Shown here piece after piece: positions 1 through 12,067 of a stretch of DNA of 20,000 nt. Numbering within the stretch: the stretch's first letter is position 1; the number at the start of each line of letters is the position of its first letter. This stretch comes from Vermamoeba vermiformis (taxonomy: Eukaryota). The DNA is taken from assembly GCA_045837725.1 (NCBI GenBank), contig JBEWZL010000266.1, positions 615,651 through 635,650 on the forward strand. The letters are read 5' to 3'. Both the position numbers and the translations under genes were made by a program. Under the pieces are notes generated by a model. That model made no database searches. It was not told the origin of the DNA and saw only the letters and a list, made by a program, of their open reading frames with translations.

Positions 1-637
1 GCGGCAGATAAAACATTTGACTACACCTACAGTGGCCTTACATTGAATCCGTATCCAATGACTCGAGCGATCTTAGATCTGAAACAACGCATTGAAGCAG
101 TGACACCTGGCAATCGATACGACGGTGTATTAGTCAACAATTATCGCAACGGCAAAGATTCAATCAATTGGCATAGCGATGACGAGACAACACTTGTCAA
201 AGGTAGCACGATCGCGTCCATCTCACTTGGTAAGTCCAACGTTCACTTACGATGCATCCAAAGGCCTCAAATCATATAATATGATGCATAGGATGTGTGC
301 GCGAATTCGTGTTGCGACACAAGAATAAGAAACTTCAGCACTTAGTCTTGCCACTGAAGCACGGCAGTCTCTTGTTGATGGCGCGTAAGTCTTAGAAAGC
401 TAATTATAGCCGTATTTTATACGGAACTAACGTGTCAATGCCGTCACAGAGAATGTACAAAAGTTTTATTTGCATGCAGTGCCTAAGCAGCTGACATTAT
501 GCCCCAAACACAACGAGCAAGACAACTACGGCCTGTGCACGTGCAAAACATCGCAGCGACTGAACTTGACTTTCAGACACTATCAACGCGAGGAAAATGC
601 AACGCAAAACCAAAATAACAATCAAGATATTGAATAA
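1..637 (+). CDS. AlkB-family 2OG-Fe(II) dioxygenase (ALKBH2/ALKBH3-like), 5' truncated by window; exons <1-229, 292-384, 450-637
   Basis: Manual splice (GTAAGT donors at 230 and 385; AG acceptors ending 291 and 449) gives YTYSG...NNYRNGKDSINWHSDDE...IASISLG...LKHGSLLLM...YLHAVPK...RLNLTFR: the HxD...H iron ligands and the RxNLTFR 2OG-binding motif. Stop TAA 635-637. Confidence 0.92.
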
Positions 638-712
638 CCAGGGTGAGTCTTGATTCAGATCTGAAATAAGGTATAGCGCAAACTTTTGCGAAATTTAGTA
701 TCACTTATCTCT

Positions 713-3089
713 ATGGACGAAAACGACAAAGAAACAGATATCGATAAAGAAATACGAGAGCTACTCGACGAGAATGAGTCCAACTTAAAACCACTGAAAA
801 ATCATTTGCCTCTGCTACGCTATTACTCGACCTGTATTAGGTATGTACGAACCAATTTAATTTATTATTTTCTTAATCCAGATTAATTTAGTTCCTACTA
901 GACATGTATGAATAACGTATTTCAAAATAGAAGTGCAGAGACCGAGCTAACAGCTGAGTTAAGAGAATTAGCGCCGTACGTAGTGCAATCTGTAGTTCCC
1001 GGCAATCGCTCTCGCGTTGGACTGAACCTAAGTAACAATAACTATTTCGGGCAATTCTGCGCACTTGAAGACTGGACGCGCGAACTTATGGCACACAAAG
1101 TACTCGATCCGTTCAATCATCCGCACGTTATAAAAATATTCGCCAAACACTACTTGAACATCAAGTCGGTAGAAGGCATTATTATAACACCTTTATACAA
1201 GCCCTTTGCTTGGACCATTCTTGCTCACGTGAAAGAAGTGATGAAACAACTTTTGGAGGTAAAAACGAGTTTTATTTGCAGATTGCGTAATTCATTCTTG
1301 ATAGGCTCTAGCATTCTGCCACTCTCTCGGCATATACCACGGCAATATTAAACCCGAGAATATCGTATGGGAATGGGACGAAGAGAAGAACAAGCCGCAC
1401 ATCTACCTGATCGACTTTGCAAGTTGCTACCGGAACGAAGCTGATTATGAACTCGTCCGTTCGCTTGGCAATATACTATACCAATCACGTGAACGCATAC
1501 TTTGTCAGAGGTTTGAACCACTTTGGGTCGATGACATGTGGGCTGCAGGAATAACTTTCGCTGAGATGGTATTCTGAGCCGCAGTACAATCATTATGAAA
1601 CTTAATTGTTCTAGCTATTAGGCATTAAAGAAGGTCACCTACTAGGAAGTAAAGAAGCTGTCTTACAGTTCGACTGCAACACAGAAATTAGATTCAATGA
1701 TTTGGATCCGCAAGCTCGAGATCTACTTTCAAACTTGTTGGTTGACTACACGCGCAGATCGAGCGCGAAAGAGGCATTGTCACACTCATATTTCGCTGAT
1801 AAGGGACAAGTGCCTTCTAGTAAGCGAAAATTGGATGACACAGAAGAGGGTACTGAGCCACCAAAGAAACGGCCGAACGTAAATAAGGAGTAAGCAATTG
1901 TTGCCTTGCGAGAGTAAAAGACTTAAACAGTAAGCTTCTTAACAGAGCTACTACAGATCTGAAAGACAGTTATGTGGAAAACAGCAGCACCGAAAGCGCT
2001 GAACTGGACGAAACCGGACTGACTCCGCTCGATAAGCCAATGAACTTAATGGTCTACGGCAAGGATATTCTGGGGTAAGCCTCGATGAAGTTTAATTTAG
2101 AGCTATCAATATTGATCATGCCCAAGAATTGTTGGGCAAGAAGTGACTGAAGACGTCAGAGATCTGTGTCAGTACGAAGTAGTATCCATGGTGGCAAGCA
2201 ATCCAGATCACTTTGGCCTCCAAATTGACGGCAAATACTATTTCGGTAAATTTTCTCAGCACGTTGAATGGACAGCTGAGGTCAAGGCCCACGACGTGCT
2301 GGATCCGTTTAATCATCCGCACGTCATCAAATTGCATGCAAAGCACGAGATCAAAGTCGCAACTCTCGGCGGCATTACTATAACTCCGCTCTATGAGCCA
2401 TTTGACTGGGACCGCCTTTGTCCTCACGTTAAAGAAGTCACGAAACAGCTGTTGGAGGTAACACCTAATACCCCAATTGTCCGTTAGTACTCGTGACTCA
2501 TTCACTAGGCCCTAGCATTCTGCCACGCTCATAGTGTGTATCACGGTGATGTTAAGCCCGATAATATCGTATGGGAATGGGACGAAGAGAACAACAGGCC
2601 ACACATCTACCTGATCGACTTCAACGGCAGTTACATGAACGAACTGGACTACTTGGGAGTGTTCATGTTCGGCACAGAGCCATACAAATCACCACAACGC
2701 GTTCACCTGCGACGAACAGAGCTGTTGTGGGTCGAAGACATGTGGGCTGCGGGGATCTCTTTTGCCGAGATGGCACGTACACGATCGAGCTTAGAAAGGA
2801 CTAATATCATTGTTAGTTATTACATATGAAAAGAGGCCATCTACTATATGATTCTGAAGACATAGATGCGTTTGACAGTACCACAGAACCTCGCTTTAGT
2901 GACCTGGATCCTCTCGCTCGAGATCTGCTTTCAAAGCTCCTAAACCCCGACTACAAAACGCGAATTACCGCTGAACAGGCGCTACAACATCCGTACTTCG
3001 CAAAATCTGATTACGACCAGCCTATTCAAAAAAGAGTGCAGGATTCGGCACATCCGATCAGTCAGACGAGTAAATCCGGAGTTCTCTGA
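713..3089 (+). CDS. Tandem protein-kinase-fold protein: N-terminal pseudokinase plus C-terminal probably active kinase; exons 713-840, 931-1258, 1305-1568, 1615-1889, 1931-2074, 2127-2457, 2509-2772, 2817-3089
   Basis: Two homologous domains (HGNIKPEN/DFA/DMWAAG and HGDVKPDN/DFN/GTEPYKSP/DMWAAG) with introns at the same positions and phases. Removing a 41-nt GTAAGC...AAACAG intron (1890-1930) joins them in frame. Alternative model: two genes, the first ending at TAA 1893. Confidence 0.75.
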
Positions 3090-3138
3090 TTAACTGCAGT
3101 TAGTATGATAAGTGGGTTATATCCTTAGAGTTAAATAC

Positions 3139-3366
3139 CTATTTATTACATCTATTCCACGTTCGGCGAGCATTTACTGCTCCGTAGCCCAAGCACAGAT
3201 TTGTGACATCCGATCCCAACGTGTTGCTGCGAGTGTACTCTGAATAGCCATAGCACCAACGGCCATTGACACAAGCCGAGTGCGAGAGATCAACGTGCGC
3301 GTCTGCATTCGCGCCGTTAATCTCGTAATTGAGGACAGTCATGCAACAGAAGATCTTCTCGCTCAT
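3139..3366 (-). other. Short Cys-rich ORF (75 aa) or decayed exon of unknown identity
   Basis: More GC-rich than the flanking intergenic DNA; ORF has 6 Cys; AATAAA overlaps its last codons. No recognisable domain. Confidence 0.25.
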
Positions 3367-4162
3367 GCACCGCTGTAGGACGAAGCACCGCTAGAACAGC
3401 CATAAATGAGGGAAGGATTGAGAGTCTTCTCTCAAGTGGCTCGTTATCTAAGTTCAGCTACGCTCTTCTTGATCGACCACAGTCAAGAGTTCAAGCCTAA
3501 TCCACGCGTGAAAGCTCGGCTGTCAAGATTTGCAATTTAAATGACTAAATACTACAGTCCTTTCTAATTGATTCTCCAATATGAAAATAACCCATTTGCA
3601 CGAGTTCATTTTATGCTCCAATCCGTTTGAATAAAATGTTTGAAAAAAGGCTGCAGAATCTGGATGGCTAGTAGGTAGTATGGGACTGTAGGCACTTCGA
3701 TTTCATTTTTATAATTATTGTATTTAAATGCACATATTTGCTAAAGAAAGGCAGAAGTTGGCAACGAGTGCCTTTGTTTATCAAAAAAATTGCAGATTAA
3801 ATCAAAAAATTATCCAGCGCTTACAGATCGAGACGTATCTAAATTTCGTCCGTCATCGTGCAAAATAATATTGTAAGTGATATTATTATGAAAATAATTG
3901 CAACGGAAGTCTAGTTAAGCTGATTAAGCAAGTTACCGTTACGCGTTCTTCACCCTTTTGTAGAGCACAGAAGCATATCTTGTTCCTCAATGGGCCTGAT
4001 TGTGCGATGGCATAATTACCTACGAGATGGGTGTCAGGGATTGTAGGTATGTATTCTGGTCTTTTTCTGACTGGTTTTGCTGAAATTAACCGTGTGATCC
4101 AAAAAAAGACAAAACTCTCGCGGATAACCATTTTGTTTATCAATTTAATAACAACAACAACA

Positions 4163-7061
4163 ATGTGTTTAGGAGGAAGAGTTCACGGCCGATGCTGCGA
4201 CGGACCTAAGGTTATCAAGCCTCAAGTAACCGTTCCACTCATCGGTGCATCTTCAAAAGTCACTGTTATCGACTTTGTAGCTCAAGTAGAGCTAAAACAA
4301 CGATATGAGAATCAAGTAAGTACACTATTTCATAGCAATATCGCTTAATGATGCTCAATTTGGCGATGAGTTTTTTACCTACGATTTTTAAACTACGGAT
4401 GTAGGCTCAGTTTCTTAATGATCTTACTATAGGACTCATTTCCCATCGAGGCAACTTATGAATTTCCACTGCCCGAAGGAGCCGCTGTAACGGCGTTCAT
4501 AATTGAGGTGGACGGTAAAACAATCCACAGCAAAATTAAAGAAAAAGAAGAAGCCAAAGAAATCTTCGACGACGCTATTGCCGAGGGTCATGGTAAGTCA
4601 GATTTAATATCCGAAAAATATTCAATGCAATCTAAAAATAAATCACGGATGTGGCTTACGGTTTATTTGTTTAGGCGCTTACTTGCTCGAAGAAAAAGAA
4701 GACAACTGGTTCACTACTTCAGTTGGAAACTTACCACCCGGCAAAGAAGTGTTGATCACCATTGTCTACGTTCAAGAACTCAAGTTCAACGCGGATGGCG
4801 TTTTAGAATTCGTTATGCCCACTACCAAGTTTGCCCCCAACGGTGTCGGTGCTACTGCTGCATTCACTAAGTCACAGACCAATACTTACGAGAAAGTTGT
4901 GCCTTACGGTGTTCAAGTAAGTGTGACAGAACGTACATCCGTTAATTTCTTTAAATTTAAATTACTTGCTTCGACAATATTAAATTTGATAATGCGACTA
5001 ACGGCTGATATTGTAGATTAATGCCGAAGTTAGAATGCCCGTCAAGATGAAGAAATTGGCTTCAAGCTCACATCCGAGCACGGTCGTAGCGGACGGCTAT
5101 CAAGGCGCGCAGACCGGTCAAGCACGCATTGTGCAGACTGACGGTGCACCGCTCACTGAACACTGGCAATTGCAAATTCAATTGGAACAACCTCACGAGC
5201 CCTTCGCTCGCGTGCAAAAGACGGACGAATCGACCGTGGCCATGGTGTCATTTTATCCGCAAATGAAAGAAGACAAAGTTTTCACTGAAATCGTGTTCGT
5301 GGTCGACAGATCTGGTTCCATGGGCATCAGAGGAAAAATGCAGAAAGGTAATGATTTTCACTTCTATGTTGTAGTAGCCGACGAGTATTAACGTAGTTCC
5401 TATCAATAGTCAAGGACACTTTGGACATCTTCTTGCGCTCGTTGCCTGAAGGCACCATGTTCAACATTGTCAGCTTCGGCACTTCGTTCAGCAAGTTGTT
5501 CGACAAGTCCGTCGAGTACAACGAAAAGAACTTCAACGCTGCCAACGCACACGTGCAATCGATGGCCGCGAACATGGGTGGCACGAACATCATCAACCCA
5601 ATGAAATCAATTTTCAGTGAACCGTCCATTGATGGTGTTCCTCGTCAAATCTTCCTGTTGACTGACGGTGAAGTCAACAACCGCGACGACTGCATCAACA
5701 CCGTCAAGAAGTTCGCCAAGACCACGCGCGTCTTTACTTTTGGTATTGGTCAAGAGGCCGATCGCGAGCTCGTCAAGGGCATGGCGATCGCCGCTCAAGG
5801 CAACTACGAGATCATTCTCGACAACGACAACATGGACGACAAGGTGCTGCGGCAATTGAACCGTGCTTTGAAGCCTGCCTTCGTGGACATGAAGATCAAC
5901 TGGGGTGAGTTGAACGAAGTCGTCGAACAAACGCCGTTCCACTGCCCGCCAATGTTCAGCGGCGGTCACATCATTTTCTACGGTGTGTTCCCTAAGAAGA
6001 CCAAAGGCACACACGATATCTCGTTCAATGCCAAGACCCCCGAAGGACCTTTCAAGACCAAGATTTCGATCAACTTTGACGACCCAATCGAGGGCGAGTT
6101 TGTGACCAAACTAGCGGCCAAGTCATTGATCCGCGACTTGCAAGACAGTCGCAGCTATATGCACAGCGACAAGGGTGACTTGTTGTCAAAGTACAAGCAA
6201 AAACAAGTCGATGACAAGATCATTGAAATCTCGCTCAAACATCAAGTCATGTCCAAGCTTACTGCGTTTGTCGCTGTGGAGAAGAGAAAAGAAGCGACTG
6301 TTGGCACAATGCAGCGCATTGATATGAAAGAGGGGTCGGTGTCCCCTCGAGGCAATAGCACCAAGGGCTTTGCATTGGGCAGAGGTGGAGCTCCAGGAGG
6401 AGCTATGCCCAGAAGTAGATCGTCGCAAATTGCTCCCACTTCTTCCTCCTCTTCGCTCTCTTCAAGTTCCATGGATAAGTGGTCCGAGAAGAAGAAGAAG
6501 CAGAAGAAAGAAGATAAAGATGAGAAAAAATCAGCCCCCAGCCTCTCTCGAAAGTCGAATAAAATGGCCGATCTCAGCATGGAGAGAAACTCGCCAAAGC
6601 CGAGCATGTCACCAATGATGGGAGGAGCTCCCCCTGCCCCGCCATCAGAGGCAGTTAATTACAGTGCAGTTCCTCAATCTTTGTCTCGACGAAGCGAGTC
6701 GGAAGAGCTTAGATCTACCGGAGCCAGCAGCAGCGGCGGCAATGAAGTGCGCGCAGTGATCAAACAACAAGCATTCAACGGCAGCTTCTCCATGCAAACA
6801 CTAAAGTCGCTGGCGTCTAAAGCTGACGGCGAGACTGTGAAGAAGGTGCTGACGACTGCCGGTGTTGAAGTGAACAGCAAGAACGAAGCAGCAGTAGTGA
6901 CTTTGATGGTCGCGGTGTTGTTCGAGTTGAAGTTTGATGATCAAAAGAACGTGTGGGACCTGGTCGTCAAGAAAGCCAAACAATGGGCCAAGAAAGAACT
7001 TGGCGGCATTGACACTACTGCTTTGGAGACTGCGGCGAAGAACTTGCTGTCTGCTTTGTAA
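4163..7061 (+). CDS. VIT + von Willebrand factor A domain protein (VWA5A/BCSC-1-like); exons 4163-4315, 4433-4592, 4675-4916, 5017-5347, 5410-7061
   Basis: VIT motifs (QRYEN..PIEATYEFPLPEGAAVTAF..VDGK; GAYLLEE..FTTSVGNLPPG); MIDAS DRSGS..GGT..LLTDGEV; FTFGIG; SKLTAFVAVE; low-complexity S/K/P linker; C-terminal QQAFNGSF..WDLVVKKAKQW helical domain. All junctions are GT-AG and in frame. Confidence 0.93.
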
Positions 7062-7143
7062 TTTTATATCGGTGTAATGTAAATAATTAAACCACTTTTT
7101 TAAAGAACAACGTTTAACTGTTTCAAGCAATAAAATTCTAGTT

Positions 7144-9148
7144 TTATTGTTCTTCACTATACAAGTCATTCTGTACATGCAAAAATTCAACCATAGCTTT
7201 TTGACTAATGTAAGCCACGCCATGAGTGAACGAGTGTTTGAGAGTTTCGTTTCGCGCAAATGTCACGTGCTTGATTTTGATGATTTCTGGCGGTAAAAAC
7301 GATAGGCGGTTGTGAGCGATGCCTAATGTTGTCAAATGGGGTAATGTTGCTATTTCGCTCGGTACTGCCGTTAAGTGATTGAGGGATAGACCTAGACTCT
7401 CCAATCGTGTCAGTCGTGTGATGTCAGGTGGAATGCGCGTGATGCTGTTAAAGTTCAATTCCAACACACGCACTGTCGTCAAATTCAATAGTTCGCGTGG
7501 AAATTCTCGGAACTCGTTAGATCTGAGCAGGAGCCGTTCCAAATTAGTCAGCCTGGAGATTTCTGCGGGTATTGTGCGAAGTTTGTTCGAGTGCAAAATC
7601 AATTCTGTAAGCTGTTGTAGGTTTCGAATGTCGTCTGGTACTTCTTGCAGTTCATTTCGACCTAAGCTGAGGCTCAGTAACGACGTCATATTGCCGACAC
7701 AGGTGATGTCTGTAAAAAGAAACTTAGTGGACATTTTCACCGAAGTGCATTTATGCAACTTACCTTGCAAGTTGTTGCTTGCGAGGTTCAATATTTGCAG
7801 CTTCGATAAATTGCAGTACGAGTCAGGAATTTTTGCAATCTTATTTTGACTCGCATCGAGCTGTGTCAAATGGTGCAGTTGTCCTAATGACGTCGGCAAG
7901 TGGTGCAAATCGTTCAAATATATTTTGATCTTGTGCAATCGCGTCAAATTCCCAATCCACGGCGGTACTTCGGTGATTTTGTTGGTGTGTAAATAAACCT
8001 CCTCCAGATTGGTCAAGTATGAAAATTCGTCGGGGATGCTTGCCACCAAGTTGCTCGTAATAAACAATATTCGTAAATTGGCGAGTTTTGATATCTCTGG
8101 CGGAATAACTTGAATAAAATTTGTTCCAGCTGTCAACCGTGTCAAATTGGTGCAATTGAACAGGCCTGAAGGGAGTTCAGTGAGCATGTTGGCGTACAAA
8201 CAGAGCTGCTGTAAGTTGGTTAGCTGTCCTACAGATGATGGGATCATGGTGATGCCGTTGTTCGTGATTGAGAGTAGTGTCAGATCCGTCAGTTCGGCGA
8301 CTGCATCTGGCAAGTGCTTGAAACTGTTATGCGAGAGCTCGAGTTCTTGAAGGCGCCTCAGAGCCGTCAAACTAATAGGCAGATTGCTTAGGCTGTTGTT
8401 GTTCATATAGAGCTGCTTGAGATTCGTCAACAGCGCGAGTTCGTCGGGTAAATCGCTGATCATATTTTCGTCTATTAAAAGTTCTTCTAAATGCGTCAAC
8501 GTTCCAATTTCCCGCGGCACCATAGTCAATTTGTTCTTATTTACTAAGAACAGTAATATCGTTAATAATGCGAGATAGCGCACGTTTTTTTCTTACCAGT
8601 TAACTTTGTGAGTTGCGTGAAGTTGAAAATCTGTGGCGGCATTTCTTTGAAGTGATTATGATACAAATAGAGTTCCTGAAGCTCAATCAAGTTCGTAATT
8701 GAGTCGGGCAAGCTCGTCAGTGCGTTGTCTGTCACTGACAGAGTCGTCAATTTTGTGAGATCTCCAACCGAGAGGGGCAGCTCAGCGAGAGTGTTTTCTT
8801 CCAATAATAGCTCTTTTAAATTGACTAAATTGGATATGTCGGGGGACACGTTTTCAAGTTGATTGTAATTGATCGTCAATTGCGTCAGTGTCGTCAACAA
8901 GCAGATCTCCTCAGGCATGTTGTTGAAATTGTTATCGTCGATATTAAGCAGCAATAATTTGGTGAGGTTTGTTATTTCCGAGGGTAATTTAGAGAGCATA
9001 TTATCTTCTACGACAAGCTCGGTTAGATGTGTTAGTGATCCGATCTCGGTTGGTAACTCCGAGAGTTCCATTTCGTTCAGATGTAGCAAGGGTTCTTGCC
9101 TTTGCAAGCATTCTTTGATTTTCAGCAAAGCAGCATCATAGCCTTTAG
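7144..9148 (-). CDS. Leucine-rich-repeat-only protein (roughly 25 LRRs of about 23 aa, SHOC2/Roco-type repeats); introns 8544-8596 and 7710-7763; first exon and start unresolved (upstream of 9148)
   Basis: LxxLxxLxLxxNxLxxLPxxI repeats run through ORFs 8562-9128 and 7144-8583. Splicing removes the non-LRR interruptions and keeps the frame. Acceptor TTTTACAG ends at 9149. Confidence 0.9.
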
Positions 9149-9848
9149 CTGTAAAAAGAATTGATTTAGTCTTCGCAATTCAAATATTGCATTTGTTTAA
9201 TTACGCCATAATTTCAACAATTCATCCTGGACTATAAATGTCGTCTTATTTCATTTAAAAATTTTTAATTTTTTGTCGACAAGCACGCGATCTAAAAGAC
9301 GGAAAAATTGATAAAAGGCGGGATCGGGAAAAGATCGGTTGATCCAACGAAATCTTCCGTTAAATAAAGAAAAAAATATTACCGTGATTAGAGGGATTAT
9401 TTTCATTCCTTTCTGTCCGCTTCTCTATTATATTTAAAGTAATGTTTGGTGTATTCTCTTCTGAACCTATGTAACAAAATAATTATTAGTAACAGGTTAT
9501 TTCGAATGTAATTGTAAATTATTTAATTAATTTCTTTGGCTATGCCTCGCTTTCGCCAAATAAAATTTCGTTTGATCTGAAATTCAAAAAATTTGTTTGC
9601 GTCAGCGCCAAAGTTTACATCACTTACCGGACATCGATTATATGATACATAAATATTAACTAGAAATTACGCTTTTAGTTTCATAAACCAGATTTCAAAC
9701 TCGTTTGTATTTTCTGTCAAGGTCTTTTATCAATTCTATTTTCAAATAATAAATCGTCGTCTATGCCTTGCTGGTTTATATTAAATGACAATGTCAAAAT
9801 AATAAGAACTTGACAAACGGAATTTACCTTGGATTCGCGAAAAACTTT

Positions 9849-11920
9849 TTATTGTCCGCTCCACGCGTACTTCAAGAAGCCATTAAGCTGCCAAAAACCA
9901 CATTCTCTACGCTTCACAGAAATAGCATCTACGTCTCCAGGGGCCGCCAAGATTTTGACAACGTAATCGCTGGGGAACGATTCAACCGAATTAAAAGGCT
10001 TCCAATCCGTCATGTAGCCTCGCGTAGCAAATTCAACGAAATAGTGTTGCAGCAAATTTCGATAAGGATAGTCTGTGGTGGTCAAATTGTACGCGTCGTT
10101 GATGTGATCGTTGAGCGCTCTAATGTCCCACGTGTGGAACGCGTAACGAGCGCAGTAATTTTGCATGAAGCAGATCGGAGAGGAGGGGCATTGTGTGCTC
10201 AGATAAAAATACACGGGTGAGTTGAAAGACGAGGCTGCGAGCTCTGCATTGATGAGATTTCCGCAAGTGACGCGAATGTCAGTCGCAATGACGTCGTACG
10301 AACGTTGTGTAGTGTCGTAGTTAGCAATGGGATATGTAGCGAGCACTTTGTCGCCAAAGTCACTGCCCCAAAGCGAAAATCTGAGGGAAAGAATGAATTA
10401 TTGGATCTGCCCTACAAACACGAGTTCAATCACTTCTTACCTTTGCATTATAAATGCTTGATATTGTTGTTTGCTCATATTGAACACTACGTCTAACGGC
10501 GCAATGTCAACTTCTTCGTGCATCACTCCGAACATCAACGGCACGTCGTTGACTTCACCCCTTGCTAACAAGTTGCTGAGCGTGTCGGGCAATAGATAGC
10601 CGTCGACAATGGCTTTAAGATATTAGAGGTGGTCAATGTAGCATAGATAGCACGTACCAAGTTGTTTGCGCTGTTCGCCGCGTTGAGGAATGCCCATGTC
10701 ATAAGGACCATTCCAATAATCGGTAATGCCTGCAATGATATCCGACATGTCCAAACTGTACAAACACTGCAACAACATGTTACCACTAAGACCTTCGCAT
10801 CGTGTGTTGTTCACAAAATCTGCTACATTGGCTTTCGAAGCTTGTTCCTAGACAAGTTTTAGGTTCTGTTTGGACCGAACATCCCATGCAGGAATTAATT
10901 CACTTACGAGTGGCATATCAATAGTAACGCTGCTGCTCATAGCAATTGCACGGTGGAACAGTCCTTTGGCGAGCGGTGAGGCTACGAGTGCGAGCACTGA
11001 AGTGCCACCAGACGATTGCCCAAAAATGGTCACGCAGTCTGGATCACCTCCAAAACTTTCAATATTGGCTTGTATCCACTGAAGACACGTTATTAATGCC
11101 TTATTCGTTGTATTTGCACGTGTGCTTAGCTTACTTTGAGAGCCATAATTTGATCGTAGAACCCGTAATTGCCACTCGTGCCCCAAGGATTTTGTTTCGT
11201 GAGTTCAGGTAACGCTAAAAATCCAAATACGTTCAATCGATAGTTCAAGGTCACCGTGACAACGCCAGTCTGAGCTGTCAAATTCGACGTGATTTCTTTG
11301 TCCGCATTGCCAGAGCCGTACATTAGCCTGTTGGATGGTTAGTAAATCACATCGAGTTATGGTATTAATAACTACCCTCCGCCGTGAATATAAACCATAA
11401 CTGGTGCAAGCTTCTTTGGCGCTAGGTTGGTTGAAAAGATATTTAAAAACAAACAATCCTCAGCACCTCCGCCCGGTTGAGCGCACACATTGCCGTATTC
11501 TAATGCATCGTGTACTTTAGTATTATTATTATTGCACCTGAGGACCCACGGTAAGTCTCAGTGAAGGTATGGTTGAATTTCAAAATTACATACCATAGGC
11601 CTTCAGTCCAATGGCGCGGAGGAACCCAACGTAAAAAATTCAAGGGAGGTACTGCGTAACGAATGCCCTTAAAGCTATAGACACCTGCGTGTAATTAAAT
11701 AATTTAAAAAAATGCAATAATTCCTAATAATATTCTAGTATTTTTACCGTAATCAGACTCATATCCTCTTATAGGGCCGCAGTCCGTATTCACAATTACT
11801 GCAATACAAAATTAGTGAGCTATTTTCTCGATCGGCATTATGTGAAAGCTTACCATCAGCAAGGACACCACTATAAAAGAAACAAAATACAAATACACTT
11901 AGTAGACCGTATAGTTTCAT
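9849..11920 (-). CDS. Secreted type-B carboxylesterase/cholinesterase-family alpha/beta hydrolase, multi-exon
   Basis: Signal-peptide-like start MKLYGLLSVFVFCFFYSGVLA; FKGIRYAVPP; EDCLFLNIF; VMVYIHGG; LNYRLNVFGFL; GNYGFYDQ; FGGDPDCVTIFGQSSGG (nucleophile Ser); GLFHRAIAMS; candidate triad Glu (MHEE) and His (AFHTWD). Not all internal junctions were resolved. Confidence 0.92.
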
Positions 11921-12067
11921 TGTATTCGGACTGACAATAAAGAGAAAATGTCAGATCCAGATTTTTTTTACAAAACTCAGTGGAACTCAGTCTAATTTTA
12001 CGAGGGATTTTGGGCAATTGCAATGAGCTCAAATACAACATTATTTACAAGATTTTACAAGGGGCGT

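Noticed and set aside
635-713. AlkB-kinase fusion (same frame, only 75 bp apart, GTGAGT donor at 643)
   Set aside because: The AlkB TAA precedes the donor, several in-frame stops follow, and a 643-698 intron would shift the frame. At most a UTR intron.
5327-8350. Many antisense or alternative-frame ORFs over the vWA and LRR genes
   Set aside because: Shadows of codon bias in the real coding frames, with no domain signal.
12045-12059. CaaX-like CKIL-stop after the YEATS gene
   Set aside because: Out of frame; the YEATS frame stops at TAA 12070-12068.
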